64,000 bases of DNA from Candidatus Buchananbacteria bacterium (GCA_013359225.1 JABWCG010000002.1:49470-113469), one strand, 5' to 3'. Positions 41,180 to 51,411 are shown, counted from the first letter of the stretch. Translations and numbers: made by a program. The notes: generated by a model not told the origin, from the letters alone.

Positions 41180-41803
41180 ATGATTACTACCCTAATTGAT
41201 TTTTTAGTTCACTTCACCATTAGTGTTATTGATTTTTCAGGCTATACTGGAGTGTTTATCTTGATGTTTTTGGAAAGTTGCGGCATTCCCATTCCCTCAG
41301 AAGTGATCATGCCGTTTTCCGGGTTTTTAGTGGTTGAAGGTCGGATGTCTTTTTGGCCGTTAGTGTTGGTCGGTGCCTTTGCTAACCTAGGAGGGTCATT
41401 ATTAGCATATTGGGTTGGTGTTCGCGGTGGCAGGCCACTGATTGAAAAGTATGGACGTTATTTTTTGATTTCCCGTCACGATTTAGATTTAGCTGATCGC
41501 TGGTTTAGTCGGTATGGTGAATTAACAGTTTTTTTTGGCCGACTTTTACCGGTGGTTCGTACGTATATTTCATTTCCGGCCGGCGTGTCAAAAATGAACA
41601 TAAAGAAGTTTTCGCTGTATACATTTCTTGGTGCTTTGCCGTGGGCAGCGCTTTTCACCTGGCTGGGAATTAAGCTTGGCAGTCGCTGGGAATTAATTAG
41701 GCAGACGCTCCATAATTTTGACCTGGCAATTTTGCTACTGATTATTGTCTTAGTAGCATTATATATTTGGCGGCACGTAAAACACAGCCGCAGGCAAGGG
41801 TAA
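41180..41803 (+). CDS. DedA family membrane protein
   Basis: LESCGIPIPSEVIMPFSG, GRLLPVVRTYISFPAG. Confidence 0.93.
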   Translation: MITTLIDFLVHFTISVIDFSGYTGVFILMFLESCGIPIPSEVIMPFSGFLVVEGRMSFWPLVLVGAFANLGGSLLAYWVGVRGGRPLIEKYGRYFLISRHDLDLADRWFSRYGELTVFFGRLLPVVRTYISFPAGVSKMNIKKFSLYTFLGALPWAALFTWLGIKLGSRWELIRQTLHNFDLAILLLIIVLVALYIWRHVKHSRRQG

Positions 41804-41875
41804 CATTGATTTTGATTATTTAAAAAGAACCAGAAAAATTTCTGGCTCTTTTTAAATTACCTTGATGTTTATTGG

Positions 41876-42835
41876 TTATGGTAGTATGGCATTAAACAGA
41901 TAACCTAAGACTATAATACCAAGACCAACCACTCCAAAAAATGACGCCAATAACTGCCACCGCATTACTTTTTTTAGAATTAATGCTTCGGGTAATGAAA
42001 GTCCGACAGTCGCCATCATAAAAGCCAGGGCAGTTCCAAGCGGAATGCCTTTTGCCACTAACGCCTGAATGATTGGGATAATACCGCTGGCGTTTGAATA
42101 TAGCGGAATGCCGATTACTACCGCCAACGGCACGGCAAAAATATTTTCTTTGGTAATATATTTTTCAAAGTAACCTTCAGGAACATAGCCATGAATAACG
42201 GCACCAAGCGCAATGCCGGCCATGAGATAGGGCAGTACCTTGCTGATGATAGTAAACGTTTCTTGAGAAATGAGAGTAAATATTTTTTGAGGTGTCAGTT
42301 GAGTGGTTTTGGCAGTGTGGGGTGTGATGTTAGTTTGCCAAATAAAATTTTGGACATATTTTTCTAAGCGAAGTTTTTCCAAAGTGTAGCCGCCGATCAT
42401 ACCGATTAAAATTCCTGATGTGGCGTACATTATAGTTATTTTCCAGCCAAATGCTCCAGCTAAAAGGACTAGTGCCACTTCATTGACGAGGGGAGAAGTA
42501 ATGAGAAACGCCAACGTCACACCAAGCGGAATTTTTGCGCCTAGAAACCCGATAAATAGAGGAATGGATGAACAAGAACAAAACGGCGTTATCGCTCCAA
42601 AGAAGGCGGCGAGGAAATAATCAAAGCCATAAAATTTTTTTGAAACCAAAAAATTTCTGATTTTTTCAATTGGTAAATAATAACGAATCAGGCTCATTAA
42701 ATAGGTGACAACTACCAGGAGCAACAAAATTTTGATGCTGTCATAGATAAAAAACTCAACACTATGGCCGAGCGCTGAATCTTTTGTCAATCCAAAAGTG
42801 TCATAAATTAAGTAGTCAGTGATAATTTCAATCAT
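41876..42835 (-). CDS. ArsP/DUF318-family permease
   Basis: TPFCSCSSIP, FLITSPLVNE, GLSLPE. Confidence 0.88.
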   Translation of the reverse strand: MIEIITDYLIYDTFGLTKDSALGHSVEFFIYDSIKILLLLVVVTYLMSLIRYYLPIEKIRNFLVSKKFYGFDYFLAAFFGAITPFCSCSSIPLFIGFLGAKIPLGVTLAFLITSPLVNEVALVLLAGAFGWKITIMYATSGILIGMIGGYTLEKLRLEKYVQNFIWQTNITPHTAKTTQLTPQKIFTLISQETFTIISKVLPYLMAGIALGAVIHGYVPEGYFEKYITKENIFAVPLAVVIGIPLYSNASGIIPIIQALVAKGIPLGTALAFMMATVGLSLPEALILKKVMRWQLLASFFGVVGLGIIVLGYLFNAILP

Positions 42836-43068
42836 ACATATTGGAGTAAATCTTTTATTTCCTCAACGTTTGGTATTCGTCCAGCGATTTTCAGTTGTTC
42901 ATCTATCACTAATGCCGGCATGCTCAGAGCGCCATATTGGACAATTTTTTCAAAATCAGTGATTTTTTCAACAGTGGCATTAAGCCCTAACTCACTGACT
43001 GCTAGTCTGGTGTTTACCTCAAGCCGTTGGCAGTTGGGGCAGCCAGACCCTAATATTTTGATGATCAT
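42832..43068 (-). CDS. MTH895-like small redox-active disulfide (thioredoxin-like) protein
   Basis: ILGSGCPNC...MPALVID. Confidence 0.88.
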   Translation of the reverse strand: MIIKILGSGCPNCQRLEVNTRLAVSELGLNATVEKITDFEKIVQYGALSMPALVIDEQLKIAGRIPNVEEIKDLLQYV

Positions 43069-43358
43069 ATGGTTAGGATATTTTTTAATTCTTTTAGTAG
43101 AGTAGTCATCGTTTTTTGATTTAACGAGTAGACGATTTTTTTGCCGTCTCGTTGATTATTAACTATTGCAACATCAAGTAAAATTTTTAAGTGATGTGAC
43201 ACTAAGTTTTGTGGCAACTTCAAAAATTCGAATATCTCACAAACGCATTTAGGGCCAGTTTTTAGCAGGCAGATAATTTTTAGCCGGTTTGGTTCGCCAA
43301 TCACTTTTACTTGTTCGGCCAATGTATCAAGATTTTTATTAATGCAGGAGTTTTTCAT
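43065..43358 (-). CDS. ArsR/SmtB metalloregulator
   Basis: EPNRLKII, KCVCEI, VSHHLKIL; ATG at 43358. Confidence 0.9.
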   Translation of the reverse strand: MKNSCINKNLDTLAEQVKVIGEPNRLKIICLLKTGPKCVCEIFEFLKLPQNLVSHHLKILLDVAIVNNQRDGKKIVYSLNQKTMTTLLKELKNILTI

Positions 43359-43376
43359 ATCAATATGTATTGATAT
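43357..43376. promoter_or_regulatory. Palindromic ArsR-type operator at the arsR start
   Basis: ATATCAATA-TG-TATTGATAT perfect inverted repeat. Confidence 0.7.
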
Positions 43377-43479
43377 ATTATTAGATAATTTTTTGGTTGT
43401 CAAGGTCTTTGGTTTAAAATAAAAATCGGCCGATTTTTGGCCGATTTTTAGTAAGGCATTATTTTTTGATGTTGTTTGG

Positions 43480-43983
43480 CTACAAGATGATATTAACGTT
43501 TGCCGGGAGGTTTGTGCGGATGATTTCCAAATCTTGGGAGGAGTAATTATTTCCCGACAAATTCAACGTTTTAAGGTTTTTTAAGTTACCCAATTCGTAG
43601 GGCAGCCCGGTTAGTTGATTGTTTGATAAATCAAGTGTTTGGAGGTTTTGTAGTTGGCCAATTTCTGCCGGTACTCCAGTCATTGTATTATTGGAAGCGT
43701 CTAAGATTTTTAAGTTTTGTAGCTGTCTGATTTCAGCTGGTAGTGCACCGGTTAGTTTATTATTGGAGATGTCCAGCTTTTCCAGATTTGTTTTTTTAAA
43801 AATTTCCTGAGAGATTTCAGTTAACCCCTGACCACTTAGATCAAGTACATTGTTATTTTCGGCAGGTTTTGTTGTTTTTTCTGGTACGATTTGGTCATCA
43901 TTGTTGATGGCGGGTACGGGAGAGATACAGCCAAATAACGTTAAGTTCATTAATAGGATTGAGGTTAAAAATATTTTTTTCAT
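43480..43983 (-). CDS. Leucine-rich repeat lipoprotein
   Basis: Lipobox LFGC; LxxLDLSNNxLTGxLPxEI repeats. Confidence 0.9.
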   Translation of the reverse strand: MKKIFLTSILLMNLTLFGCISPVPAINNDDQIVPEKTTKPAENNNVLDLSGQGLTEISQEIFKKTNLEKLDISNNKLTGALPAEIRQLQNLKILDASNNTMTGVPAEIGQLQNLQTLDLSNNQLTGLPYELGNLKNLKTLNLSGNNYSSQDLEIIRTNLPANVNIIL

Positions 43984-44154
43984 ATGTTGGCATTATACCA
44001 AAAAATTGATTTTAAAGCGATTTTTTAGGGGGTATAAATGTAAAACGGTGCAATGTGTTCTGGCTGGTGTTAAAGGTAAAAATATTGGTTTAAAACTGCT
44101 TATAAAAAACCCCAGCGTACTTATTGTAAGCGTGGGGTTGTATTGTTTCCTGGG

Positions 44155-45600
44155 CTAAAACCATAGCCATACGACGAGATAGACTGGTATGAGAATCAAC
44201 AGACTGTACTTGAGTATATAGCTTAGGAAGCTGGGACATTTGACACCAGCAGCTTCCGCAATGGATTTTACCATCAGGTTAGGGCCATTGCCGATATACG
44301 TCATGGCGCCGAAGAATACTGCGCCAACTGATATTGCAATCACGTGGGCAGGGTAGAGTGCCAGCAGGTAGATCACCTGTAGTTGATCAAACGACAACGA
44401 TTCTCCGGCGTAGTATTTGTTGATGGTTGCAAGCATCAACTGAACCTCTCCGGAAACGATGGTTGGGGGTGCGGCACTGCTGAGTATGGTTTGTACCTGC
44501 GTGATTGTCTCTTGGTTTACTAGCAAGCCTGTAGCCGTGACAAGAAAATTCAAGTACGTCGGGGCATTGTCTAGTACTGACGAGAGGCTACCAGTAGCCC
44601 AAAAGAATTGTCCGGGGGTGCAGATGCCAAGCTCGCAGGCATTGCACTCCAGCCACTCCAGCGCCGGAATCATAGTGGCAAAAATCCCAAAAAAGAGAAT
44701 TGCCACTTCAGTGATCGGCCGGAATTTGAAATCGTTTTTCTGGTACACCCGGCGGCGAGTGGAAAACAACGAAGTTAGGGCGCTACCCATCATCACGATT
44801 TCGCGCAGGGGGCTATCAAGAAAGACTGCTCCCAGAATAACCCCGACAAAAAGGATGTTTTGCACTCCTTCGCTGCCGCTTGAAACGGTTTCGTCTGGTT
44901 TGTGACGGTATCTAATGGGGAATTTGTGGATGTGCCACCAGTCAATGATGTAAAACACCGTCAACACTATCGCGATCGTCGTGATCCACGGCAAGACAAC
45001 TCTGGTGGTTATCCAGAAAAACGGTATTCCCTGGAGGTATCCAAGGAATAGCGGCGGGTCACCAATCGGAGTAAGCGCTCCTCCAATGTTACTTACCACA
45101 AAGATGAAAAACACGATGTGGTGAGGTCTGACCCGACCGCGGTTGAGCCGCAGATATGGTCTGATCAAAATCATTGAAGCACCCGTTGTTCCAACAATGT
45201 TAGCAATCACCGCTCCGATTGCCAGCATAATGACGTTGGTTAGGGGAGTTGCTTGGCCTGGCACGTTGATGTGAATTCCTCCGGCTACCACATAGAGCGA
45301 ACCGATTAGGCAGATAAAGCTGATGTATTCGTAGCTTGTCTCTACTAATCTTTCGGACTGATTCAGGGACAGGTAATAGCCGATAGTAATGGCCGCCAGC
45401 CCAAAGGAGACAACGAAGTAGTATTTTTCCCACCACCGGTTCAGGAATGGCCCCAGGGCGATCGCCAGCAAGAGTGCTGCAAAAGGCAGCATCATGACCG
45501 GGCTTACGCCGCTTGAGTCTGTTGCTTCGGCAAACGCTAAATTGCTAAAGAGCACGATTGCCACAACTGTTGTCATTCTCATCTTGTTCATCCTAAACAT
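44155..45600 (-). CDS. Putative sodium:proton antiporter (IT superfamily)
   Basis: GTTGASM, SNIGGALTPIGDPPLFLG, LDNAPTY, TYIGNGPN. Confidence 0.82.
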   Translation of the reverse strand: MFRMNKMRMTTVVAIVLFSNLAFAEATDSSGVSPVMMLPFAALLLAIALGPFLNRWWEKYYFVVSFGLAAITIGYYLSLNQSERLVETSYEYISFICLIGSLYVVAGGIHINVPGQATPLTNVIMLAIGAVIANIVGTTGASMILIRPYLRLNRGRVRPHHIVFFIFVVSNIGGALTPIGDPPLFLGYLQGIPFFWITTRVVLPWITTIAIVLTVFYIIDWWHIHKFPIRYRHKPDETVSSGSEGVQNILFVGVILGAVFLDSPLREIVMMGSALTSLFSTRRRVYQKNDFKFRPITEVAILFFGIFATMIPALEWLECNACELGICTPGQFFWATGSLSSVLDNAPTYLNFLVTATGLLVNQETITQVQTILSSAAPPTIVSGEVQLMLATINKYYAGESLSFDQLQVIYLLALYPAHVIAISVGAVFFGAMTYIGNGPNLMVKSIAEAAGVKCPSFLSYILKYSLLILIPVYLVVWLWF

Positions 45601-45884
45601 GCTACGCGCCTCCTTGTTTTTGTTGAACCAACCTAGTTATGCAACCCAGGATGGCCGCATTATATGAAATATATATATTTTGTCAAGGGTCACTAAAAAT
45701 AAAAAGGCTTATTTTAGCCATTTTTAACGGTTTATAATTTTTTTCTATTTTTAATGCATAACCAGCGGGGTCAAATAATATAGATTGCCGCGGATGAATT
45801 TTTAATATTTAGCTAGGTTGACATTTTTAATGCAGGCTGATAAGGTCTAGCTGACAATTGGGTCAACTTTAGGAGGAATGTGCA

Positions 45885-46418
45885 ATGCGAAGCAGAATCT
45901 GTACCTTGTTGGTGGCTGACGCCACGGCCGAAGAATTTTCTCCTTTTGGATCGCTGATTGATCCGCAAGAGGATCAGCGGTCTGCCACTGAGGTTTTGTC
46001 CAAAGACGGGGTGTTTGCCTATTACCCGCAGGACGAAAGCAAGATGCTTAATCCCGGTGGCGAACAGCTGGTTTGTTCGCCGCTTGAGATGTGTTCCCGG
46101 CCGCGCACTGTCCGGGGGCAAATGGAGTACCACCATTGCCATGAAACGCTTTTGTTCCTGGATAACGTTATCCTGGTGGTCGGGCCGCAAGTGCCCGAAT
46201 CGGGGTCGATGGACGGTATCACCCCGCAAGACTTCGCGGCGTTTGCCGTCGAGAAGAACTGTGCCGTGGTGTTGAAACCCCGGACCCTGCATGCCCTGGC
46301 TTTTCCGCGGAGTAACCGGACCGCTCGGGGGCTGGTGTTCTTGCCCTATCAGGCCCACCAAACCGACTGTCACTTCGTCGATATCCCGGAGGGGGCGATC
46401 CTTAAGCCGCAACTTTAG
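45885..46418 (+). CDS. Ureidoglycolate lyase-like cupin
   Basis: EEFSPFG, MEYHHCHE, LKPRTLHAL; AGGAGG RBS. Confidence 0.55.
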   Translation: MRSRICTLLVADATAEEFSPFGSLIDPQEDQRSATEVLSKDGVFAYYPQDESKMLNPGGEQLVCSPLEMCSRPRTVRGQMEYHHCHETLLFLDNVILVVGPQVPESGSMDGITPQDFAAFAVEKNCAVVLKPRTLHALAFPRSNRTARGLVFLPYQAHQTDCHFVDIPEGAILKPQL

Positions 46419-46585
46419 CGGCTCAGTCGACCGTGCTATATAGTTGCCGGACAGAGTGTTATGCTCTGCCCGGTTTTTATTTTTTACAAAACCAATATGT
46501 TCAATACTATTAACGATAAATATATATTGACAAACGATAAAGAATAAATTAAGATGAAAATATAACAATTTATAATAATTAATCT

Positions 46586-47074
46586 ATGAAAAAAGGCTCA
46601 ATAACATTTCTTCAGATAGTCATTGTAGTTCTGGGCATTGGTGCTCTCGCTCTCTTGCTCTGGGAACCTCGCGTTGAGGGCGTAAATGCGAACGCCACTA
46701 CGCTTCGTGAGATATATTTTGATGATCCCTTTTTGGCGTATGTGTACATCGGCTCCATTGCTTTTTTTGTTGCGCTCTATCAAGCGTTCAAACTGCTCGG
46801 GTACATAGGACGAAGTGAAGTATTTTCGCACCAGGCCGTAAAAGCTCTACGGACTATAAAATACTGCGCGTTGACCATTATTGCTTTTCTTGTGGGCGCG
46901 GAAATTTATATCAATATTGTTCAGCGCAGAGTGGAGGAAGATATTGCGGGAGGCGTCATGGTGGGTCTTTTTCTGATTTTTGTTTCAATGGTTGTCGCGA
47001 CCGCCGCGGCCGTGTTTGAAAAAACGTTACGAACCGCCGTAGAGATAAAAACCGAGAACGATTTAACAGTATAA
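46586..47074 (+). CDS. DUF2975 membrane protein
   Basis: ALYQAFKLL, ALRTIKYCA, C-terminal IKTENDLTV. Confidence 0.88.
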   Translation: MKKGSITFLQIVIVVLGIGALALLLWEPRVEGVNANATTLREIYFDDPFLAYVYIGSIAFFVALYQAFKLLGYIGRSEVFSHQAVKALRTIKYCALTIIAFLVGAEIYINIVQRRVEEDIAGGVMVGLFLIFVSMVVATAAAVFEKTLRTAVEIKTENDLTV

Positions 47075-47084
47075 GGAGATTACT

Positions 47085-47288
47085 ATGGCAATCATCATTA
47101 ACATTGACGTTATGTTGGCAAAGCGGAAAATGAGTGTTACCGAACTTGCCGAGAAAGTCGGCATTACCATGGCTAATATTTCCGTATTGAAGAATGGCAA
47201 GGCAAAAGCTGTCCGCTTCTCAACTTTAGAGGGAATTTGTAAGGCCCTGGAATGTCAGCCCGGTGATATTTTGGAATATAGGAAGTAG
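47085..47288 (+). CDS. XRE/YozG-like HTH regulator
   Basis: LAKRKMSVTELAEKVGIT...KAVRFSTL...LECQPGDILEY; the usual partner of DUF2975. Confidence 0.93.
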   Translation: MAIIINIDVMLAKRKMSVTELAEKVGITMANISVLKNGKAKAVRFSTLEGICKALECQPGDILEYRK

Positions 47289-47309
47289 TAAAAATATAAC
47301 GGACTAAAC

Positions 47310-47342
47310 AAAAAAAGAGCGATTGTGATCGTTCTTTTTTTT
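47310..47342. terminator. Bidirectional terminator just outside the island's left end
   Basis: A7-GAGCGAT-TGTG-ATCGTTC-T8. Confidence 0.8.
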
Positions 47343-47383
47343 GTACGTTTTGTAAGACGTTTAGGTTTTTGTAGTGAAGTTGT

Positions 47384-47393
47384 AATGGCGGGA
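47384..47393. repeat. Left att core (copy of the tRNA-Asp 3' end)
   Basis: AATGGCGGGA identical to 55558-55567. Confidence 0.75.
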
Positions 47394-47475
47394 CGCAGTA
47401 AAACGAGTTATAGAGTTTTTTCAGAACAACAAAGGGTATTATTACGTCCCAAAATTTTAAGTTAGTCAAAACAAT

Positions 47476-47823
47476 ATGACAGAAATCCTACATAATCCAA
47501 CAAACCCAACAGAATTGGGTACTCTGCGGGACACATCGGTTGCCAGTCAAGCACCTAAAGCAAAATTTGACGATCCTTCAAGGGTTGGTCAAAAAAAAGA
47601 GCAGAAGCGCACGCGAGAGAAGAAAGACGCGTTTGTGGCAGCTTGTAAAGGTCCCGTGAAAAGTATTGTTACCATGTGCAGAAAAGTTGGAATACACCGC
47701 GACACCTTTTATGCCTGGCGGCGAGCCGATCCGGAGTTTGTAAAAAGGATCCACAACAGCCGAGATGTTTTTTTGACTGAGTTGGAGGCAAGTCTTAAGG
47801 CGCGGGATAAATCCGACACTTAG
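47476..47823 (+). CDS. Small HTH protein (phage terminase-small-subunit-like HTH)
   Basis: IVTMCRKVGIHRDTFYAWRRADPEF. Confidence 0.6.
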   Translation: MTEILHNPTNPTELGTLRDTSVASQAPKAKFDDPSRVGQKKEQKRTREKKDAFVAACKGPVKSIVTMCRKVGIHRDTFYAWRRADPEFVKRIHNSRDVFLTELEASLKARDKSDT

Positions 47824-48010
47824 GCGTAAAATGTAATTGACAATTTCTAACCTAAACTGCTCTTCTGAGCAGCATGGTTTAAAAACTCACGAAGATACTG
47901 AACCCCACGTTCAGCGATTCTTCGTGAGTCATATCGGGAAACTGGTATGGGGCTTAAAAACCCTGCTGGCGTGGGGCTTTGTGTATCTAAAAATTAATAA
48001 CCTAAAACTT

Positions 48011-48919
48011 ATGACCAACATAGCGCATGGAGGAAAGAAGTGGCTAACTTTGGTGGCCCTGGCTATCATAGCCACACCACTTTTAGCTGCCTGCACTCCT
48101 CAAACACCATCAGCCAATAATGGGCAGAAGCAAACTCAAGAGGCTCAGCTTGACACTACGCAAGAATCAGAAGCTGATACTAACCAGCAGCCTGCTGATA
48201 TTACTGAATCGGATCAACAAGCAGATGAAAGCTTTTTAGTCATCCGAGTAATTGACGGCGACACGGTTGAGTTGGAGGACGGTTCACGCGTCAGATATAT
48301 CGGCATCGATACTCCTGAGACCGTGGACCCTTCAAAACCAGTCCAGTGTTTTGGCAAAGAAGCCTCTCAAAAGAATACTGAGTTAGTTTTGAACAAGCAA
48401 GTCAGGTTAGAAAAAGATATCAGTGACAAAGACCGCTACGGCCGGTTGCTACGGTATGTTTATGTTGGTGACACTTTTGTAAACCTGGAATTAGTTAAGC
48501 AAGGCTTTGCCAGTTCATACTCATACCCACCAGATGTTAAATACCAAGACCAGATCGTAGCAGCGCAAACTGAAGCCAGAGAGCAGAAACGAGGTCTATG
48601 GTCAGCCTGCAATACCGGATCAACTAACAACGCAGCACCCCAACTAAACAGTGGTTCGACAAACACCAACACGAATACAGTCACGCCACAACCAACCCCA
48701 ACTACGCCGACCCCGGCTCCGCAAGAACCAGCTACGACACCAACTCAGCAATGTAATATTAAAGGCAACATTAGCGCTGCCGGTGAAAAAATTTATCACG
48801 TGCCAGGTTGTGGTAGCTACAACCAAACTAAAATTGACGAAAGCCAAGGAGAGAAATGGTTTTGTAGCGAAGCCGAGGCAGTAGCTGCTGGCTGGAGGAA
48901 GGCTAAAAACTGTCCTTGA
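48011..48919 (+). CDS. Thermonuclease (SNase) lipoprotein with a C-terminal Cys/His domain
   Basis: Lipobox LLAAC, VIDGDT, RYIGIDTPE, DRYGRLLRY; CNIKGNI..IYHVPGC..WFCSEAEA..GWR. Confidence 0.9.
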   Translation: MTNIAHGGKKWLTLVALAIIATPLLAACTPQTPSANNGQKQTQEAQLDTTQESEADTNQQPADITESDQQADESFLVIRVIDGDTVELEDGSRVRYIGIDTPETVDPSKPVQCFGKEASQKNTELVLNKQVRLEKDISDKDRYGRLLRYVYVGDTFVNLELVKQGFASSYSYPPDVKYQDQIVAAQTEAREQKRGLWSACNTGSTNNAAPQLNSGSTNTNTNTVTPQPTPTTPTPAPQEPATTPTQQCNIKGNISAAGEKIYHVPGCGSYNQTKIDESQGEKWFCSEAEAVAAGWRKAKNCP

Positions 48920-49018
48920 TTATACCCCCTTACCTTAGATGGAAATTTTATCTGGGCCCGCTACAATCTGTTGCGGGCTTAAATAATAAAGTAAAAAATG
49001 TTATAATTACATCAAATA

Positions 49019-50194
49019 ATGTCTACACGATTACTAACAAAAATTGAATTAAAGGAGGATCTGGCAAAGGTTCTTCTTAAGCAAGGATACCGAGTTAAAA
49101 ATAGTGTTTTGCAGTTGAGGAAAGATGACCGAGAATCCAAACGTCAAGCTCATTTGCTTGCCAAAGCTGAACGAATTATAGCTCAGGAGAATTTCATTTT
49201 AAAAAACATATCACTCATTGAAAAATCTTTGATTAATGGTTGTGACTTGGATGTGAGTAAAATTAAGCCAAAATTGATCTTGGTGGAACCTCGCAGTGAG
49301 TGGGAAAAAATTTTCCGATGGTGGAGCCTTGTCTGGTGGAGCCTGCCAAATGAAAGGTCTTATGGAAGACAAATGAGATTTATAGTTTGGGACTCATACC
49401 ATAAAGCACCTATAGGTTTAATCGGTTTGCAAAGCCCTATTTTAAGTTGGTCGGTTAGAGATTCGTTTTTAAAAATCAAACCGGAAAAAAGAGATTACTG
49501 GGTAAACCAATCTTTAAGTGCACAGCGGTTGGGAGCGTTGCCCCCATACAATGATGTTTTGGGAGGCAAACTTGTTGCTTCTCTGCTTACGTCAAATGTG
49601 GTACGCAATGAATTCGAAAGAAAATATCGCAACGCTAAAACTGTAATGAAGAACCGTAAGATTCCACCAAGATTGTTATTTATAACAACTACAGGGGCTT
49701 ATGGAAAAAGTAGCATTTATTCTCGGCTCAAATTTGGTGGTCGTGAAATTGTAAAATTTATTGGGTATAGTCACGGAGTTGGCTCTTTTCACATCCCAAA
49801 TTATCTTTATGATAATTTAATAAAATATTTAGCCTCTAAAGACATCGACACCTCAAGGGGCTACGGTTCAGGTCCATCACGTAAATTACGTTTGATTGAC
49901 CAGTCAATGTCACTATTAGGATTTAAACATGGTACCAAACATGACATTAAAAGAGGTGTTTATATTTTTGAACTCACAACCAACTTGGAGGCTGTTATAA
50001 GTAAAGGCGAAAAACCAAAGTGGGTACACAGGTCAGTCAAGGCGCTGAGTAAATACTGGATGGATCGGTGGGGTATCCCTCGTAGTCAACGCGACAATAC
50101 TTACCTTAATTTTAATAAGGACAAATTTATCACCCAAACCATTAAAGAGTTAGAGGGATTTAAAAAATCATATAAAAATATCCGCAATGCCTGA
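49019..50194 (+). CDS. DruA/DUF4338-like protein
   Basis: WSLP..YGRQMRFIVWD, GALPPYNDVLGGKLVA, ITTTGAYGKSSIYSRL, IGYSHGVGSFHIP match the DUF4338/DruA pattern as I recall it. Confidence 0.78.
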   Translation: MSTRLLTKIELKEDLAKVLLKQGYRVKNSVLQLRKDDRESKRQAHLLAKAERIIAQENFILKNISLIEKSLINGCDLDVSKIKPKLILVEPRSEWEKIFRWWSLVWWSLPNERSYGRQMRFIVWDSYHKAPIGLIGLQSPILSWSVRDSFLKIKPEKRDYWVNQSLSAQRLGALPPYNDVLGGKLVASLLTSNVVRNEFERKYRNAKTVMKNRKIPPRLLFITTTGAYGKSSIYSRLKFGGREIVKFIGYSHGVGSFHIPNYLYDNLIKYLASKDIDTSRGYGSGPSRKLRLIDQSMSLLGFKHGTKHDIKRGVYIFELTTNLEAVISKGEKPKWVHRSVKALSKYWMDRWGIPRSQRDNTYLNFNKDKFITQTIKELEGFKKSYKNIRNA

Positions 50195-51392
50195 TTCAAG
50201 CCAGGGACAATCGCAGGTTTATAGACACTTACCCGAAGAATTACTTGGAGATATTCTTGAACATGTTCCTCAAACTGTAGAAAAAATGAATAAAATGTTT
50301 GATATTCAGGACGAACCGATTAAACAAGGCATAGAAACATTAAAACAAAAAAACATGATCACGAGTCTCTCTGGTAATGTTTTTTCAACCTCATTAATTG
50401 CAGTAGACGGTGGAATGGTACTTGAAAAAATGTCAGGTACAGACATTTTGTTGGCCGTTGCAGTAGGAGTTGAGGGTTTGACTGAAGATAAGGGAAGCGG
50501 TTGGGAAAAGGGAAAAAATCAGTTTGTCCAGTGGCAGACTGTTCTTCCACACGACGGAGCGAATGCTCGACTTGCCCAAGGAGTTATGTTTTTGATGGAA
50601 ATGACCGTCCTTTCAAATGATTCACATGAAATACGTATTATGGATGGGACCCACTTTACTCCAATATTGAAAGTTAATAGTTTGCTATCTTCTAACGAAG
50701 AAAAGGCTGGGGCTGAATACAAGCAAGCACTAAAAGATTTTTTAAAGGAAACATATAATAAAATAATTCCTGATATACCTAACATTATTTCATCCGCTTT
50801 AACTGACGATAAGATAGTAGCCATTGCAAAGTACAGTTCCTCAAGGGATATCTTGGATGCCTACTTGAAAGATAAAAATATAAGCCTGGATGACAAAACT
50901 TTTTTTACTCTTGGGCTCTCGGAGAATGAGTATACAAAACCTTTGTCAGTTGGCCAAAGCAAGGAAGAGCGTGGAAAAGTCTGGAACGACTTGCACATAA
51001 AATGTAATTTAAAATTTAGTGATGTTAATGATAATGAGTTAGATACTTTATTTAAAAAAATTATCAAGCCTATCAGAACTCAGGAATTCCCTCATAAAGA
51101 CTCTTCATTATTTTTTACTTATTTTAAACCGTTTAACCAAGGTCCTGCCTACAGAATAGAGATAAAAAAATCTCTTGCGGATGATATCAATAGATTGGAA
51201 AAAGTTCTATTGAGTATTAAAAAGCAAATTGTATTTCCAGAAATTCGAGAACCTTTTCCTCAATACTTAGTTGATCTTATGGCTAAAAGTGTTGCTGGGG
51301 GGTTATTTGCTATTCAAGAGGCCATTAGGTTATCGCCGGAGCTTAATATTGATAAAGGCAAATTCGATTTACTTTTTCCATATAGAACATAA
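50187..51392 (+). CDS. NurA-family nuclease
   Basis: IAVDGG, LMEM, IMDGT and a C-terminal EPFPQYLVDLMAK; directly upstream of a HerA gene. Confidence 0.8.
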   Translation: MPDSSQGQSQVYRHLPEELLGDILEHVPQTVEKMNKMFDIQDEPIKQGIETLKQKNMITSLSGNVFSTSLIAVDGGMVLEKMSGTDILLAVAVGVEGLTEDKGSGWEKGKNQFVQWQTVLPHDGANARLAQGVMFLMEMTVLSNDSHEIRIMDGTHFTPILKVNSLLSSNEEKAGAEYKQALKDFLKETYNKIIPDIPNIISSALTDDKIVAIAKYSSSRDILDAYLKDKNISLDDKTFFTLGLSENEYTKPLSVGQSKEERGKVWNDLHIKCNLKFSDVNDNELDTLFKKIIKPIRTQEFPHKDSSLFFTYFKPFNQGPAYRIEIKKSLADDINRLEKVLLSIKKQIVFPEIREPFPQYLVDLMAKSVAGGLFAIQEAIRLSPELNIDKGKFDLLFPYRT

Positions 51393-51411
51393 TTATTAAA
51401 TTAGACTCAAA

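Noticed and set aside
45813-46568. 251-aa minus-strand ORF
   Set aside because: Antisense to a plus-strand cupin-like gene that has an RBS and terminator; no motifs of its own.
47853-47980. Hammerhead or HDV-like ribozyme
   Set aside because: No CUGANGA core, and the helix order does not fit the HDV nested double pseudoknot.
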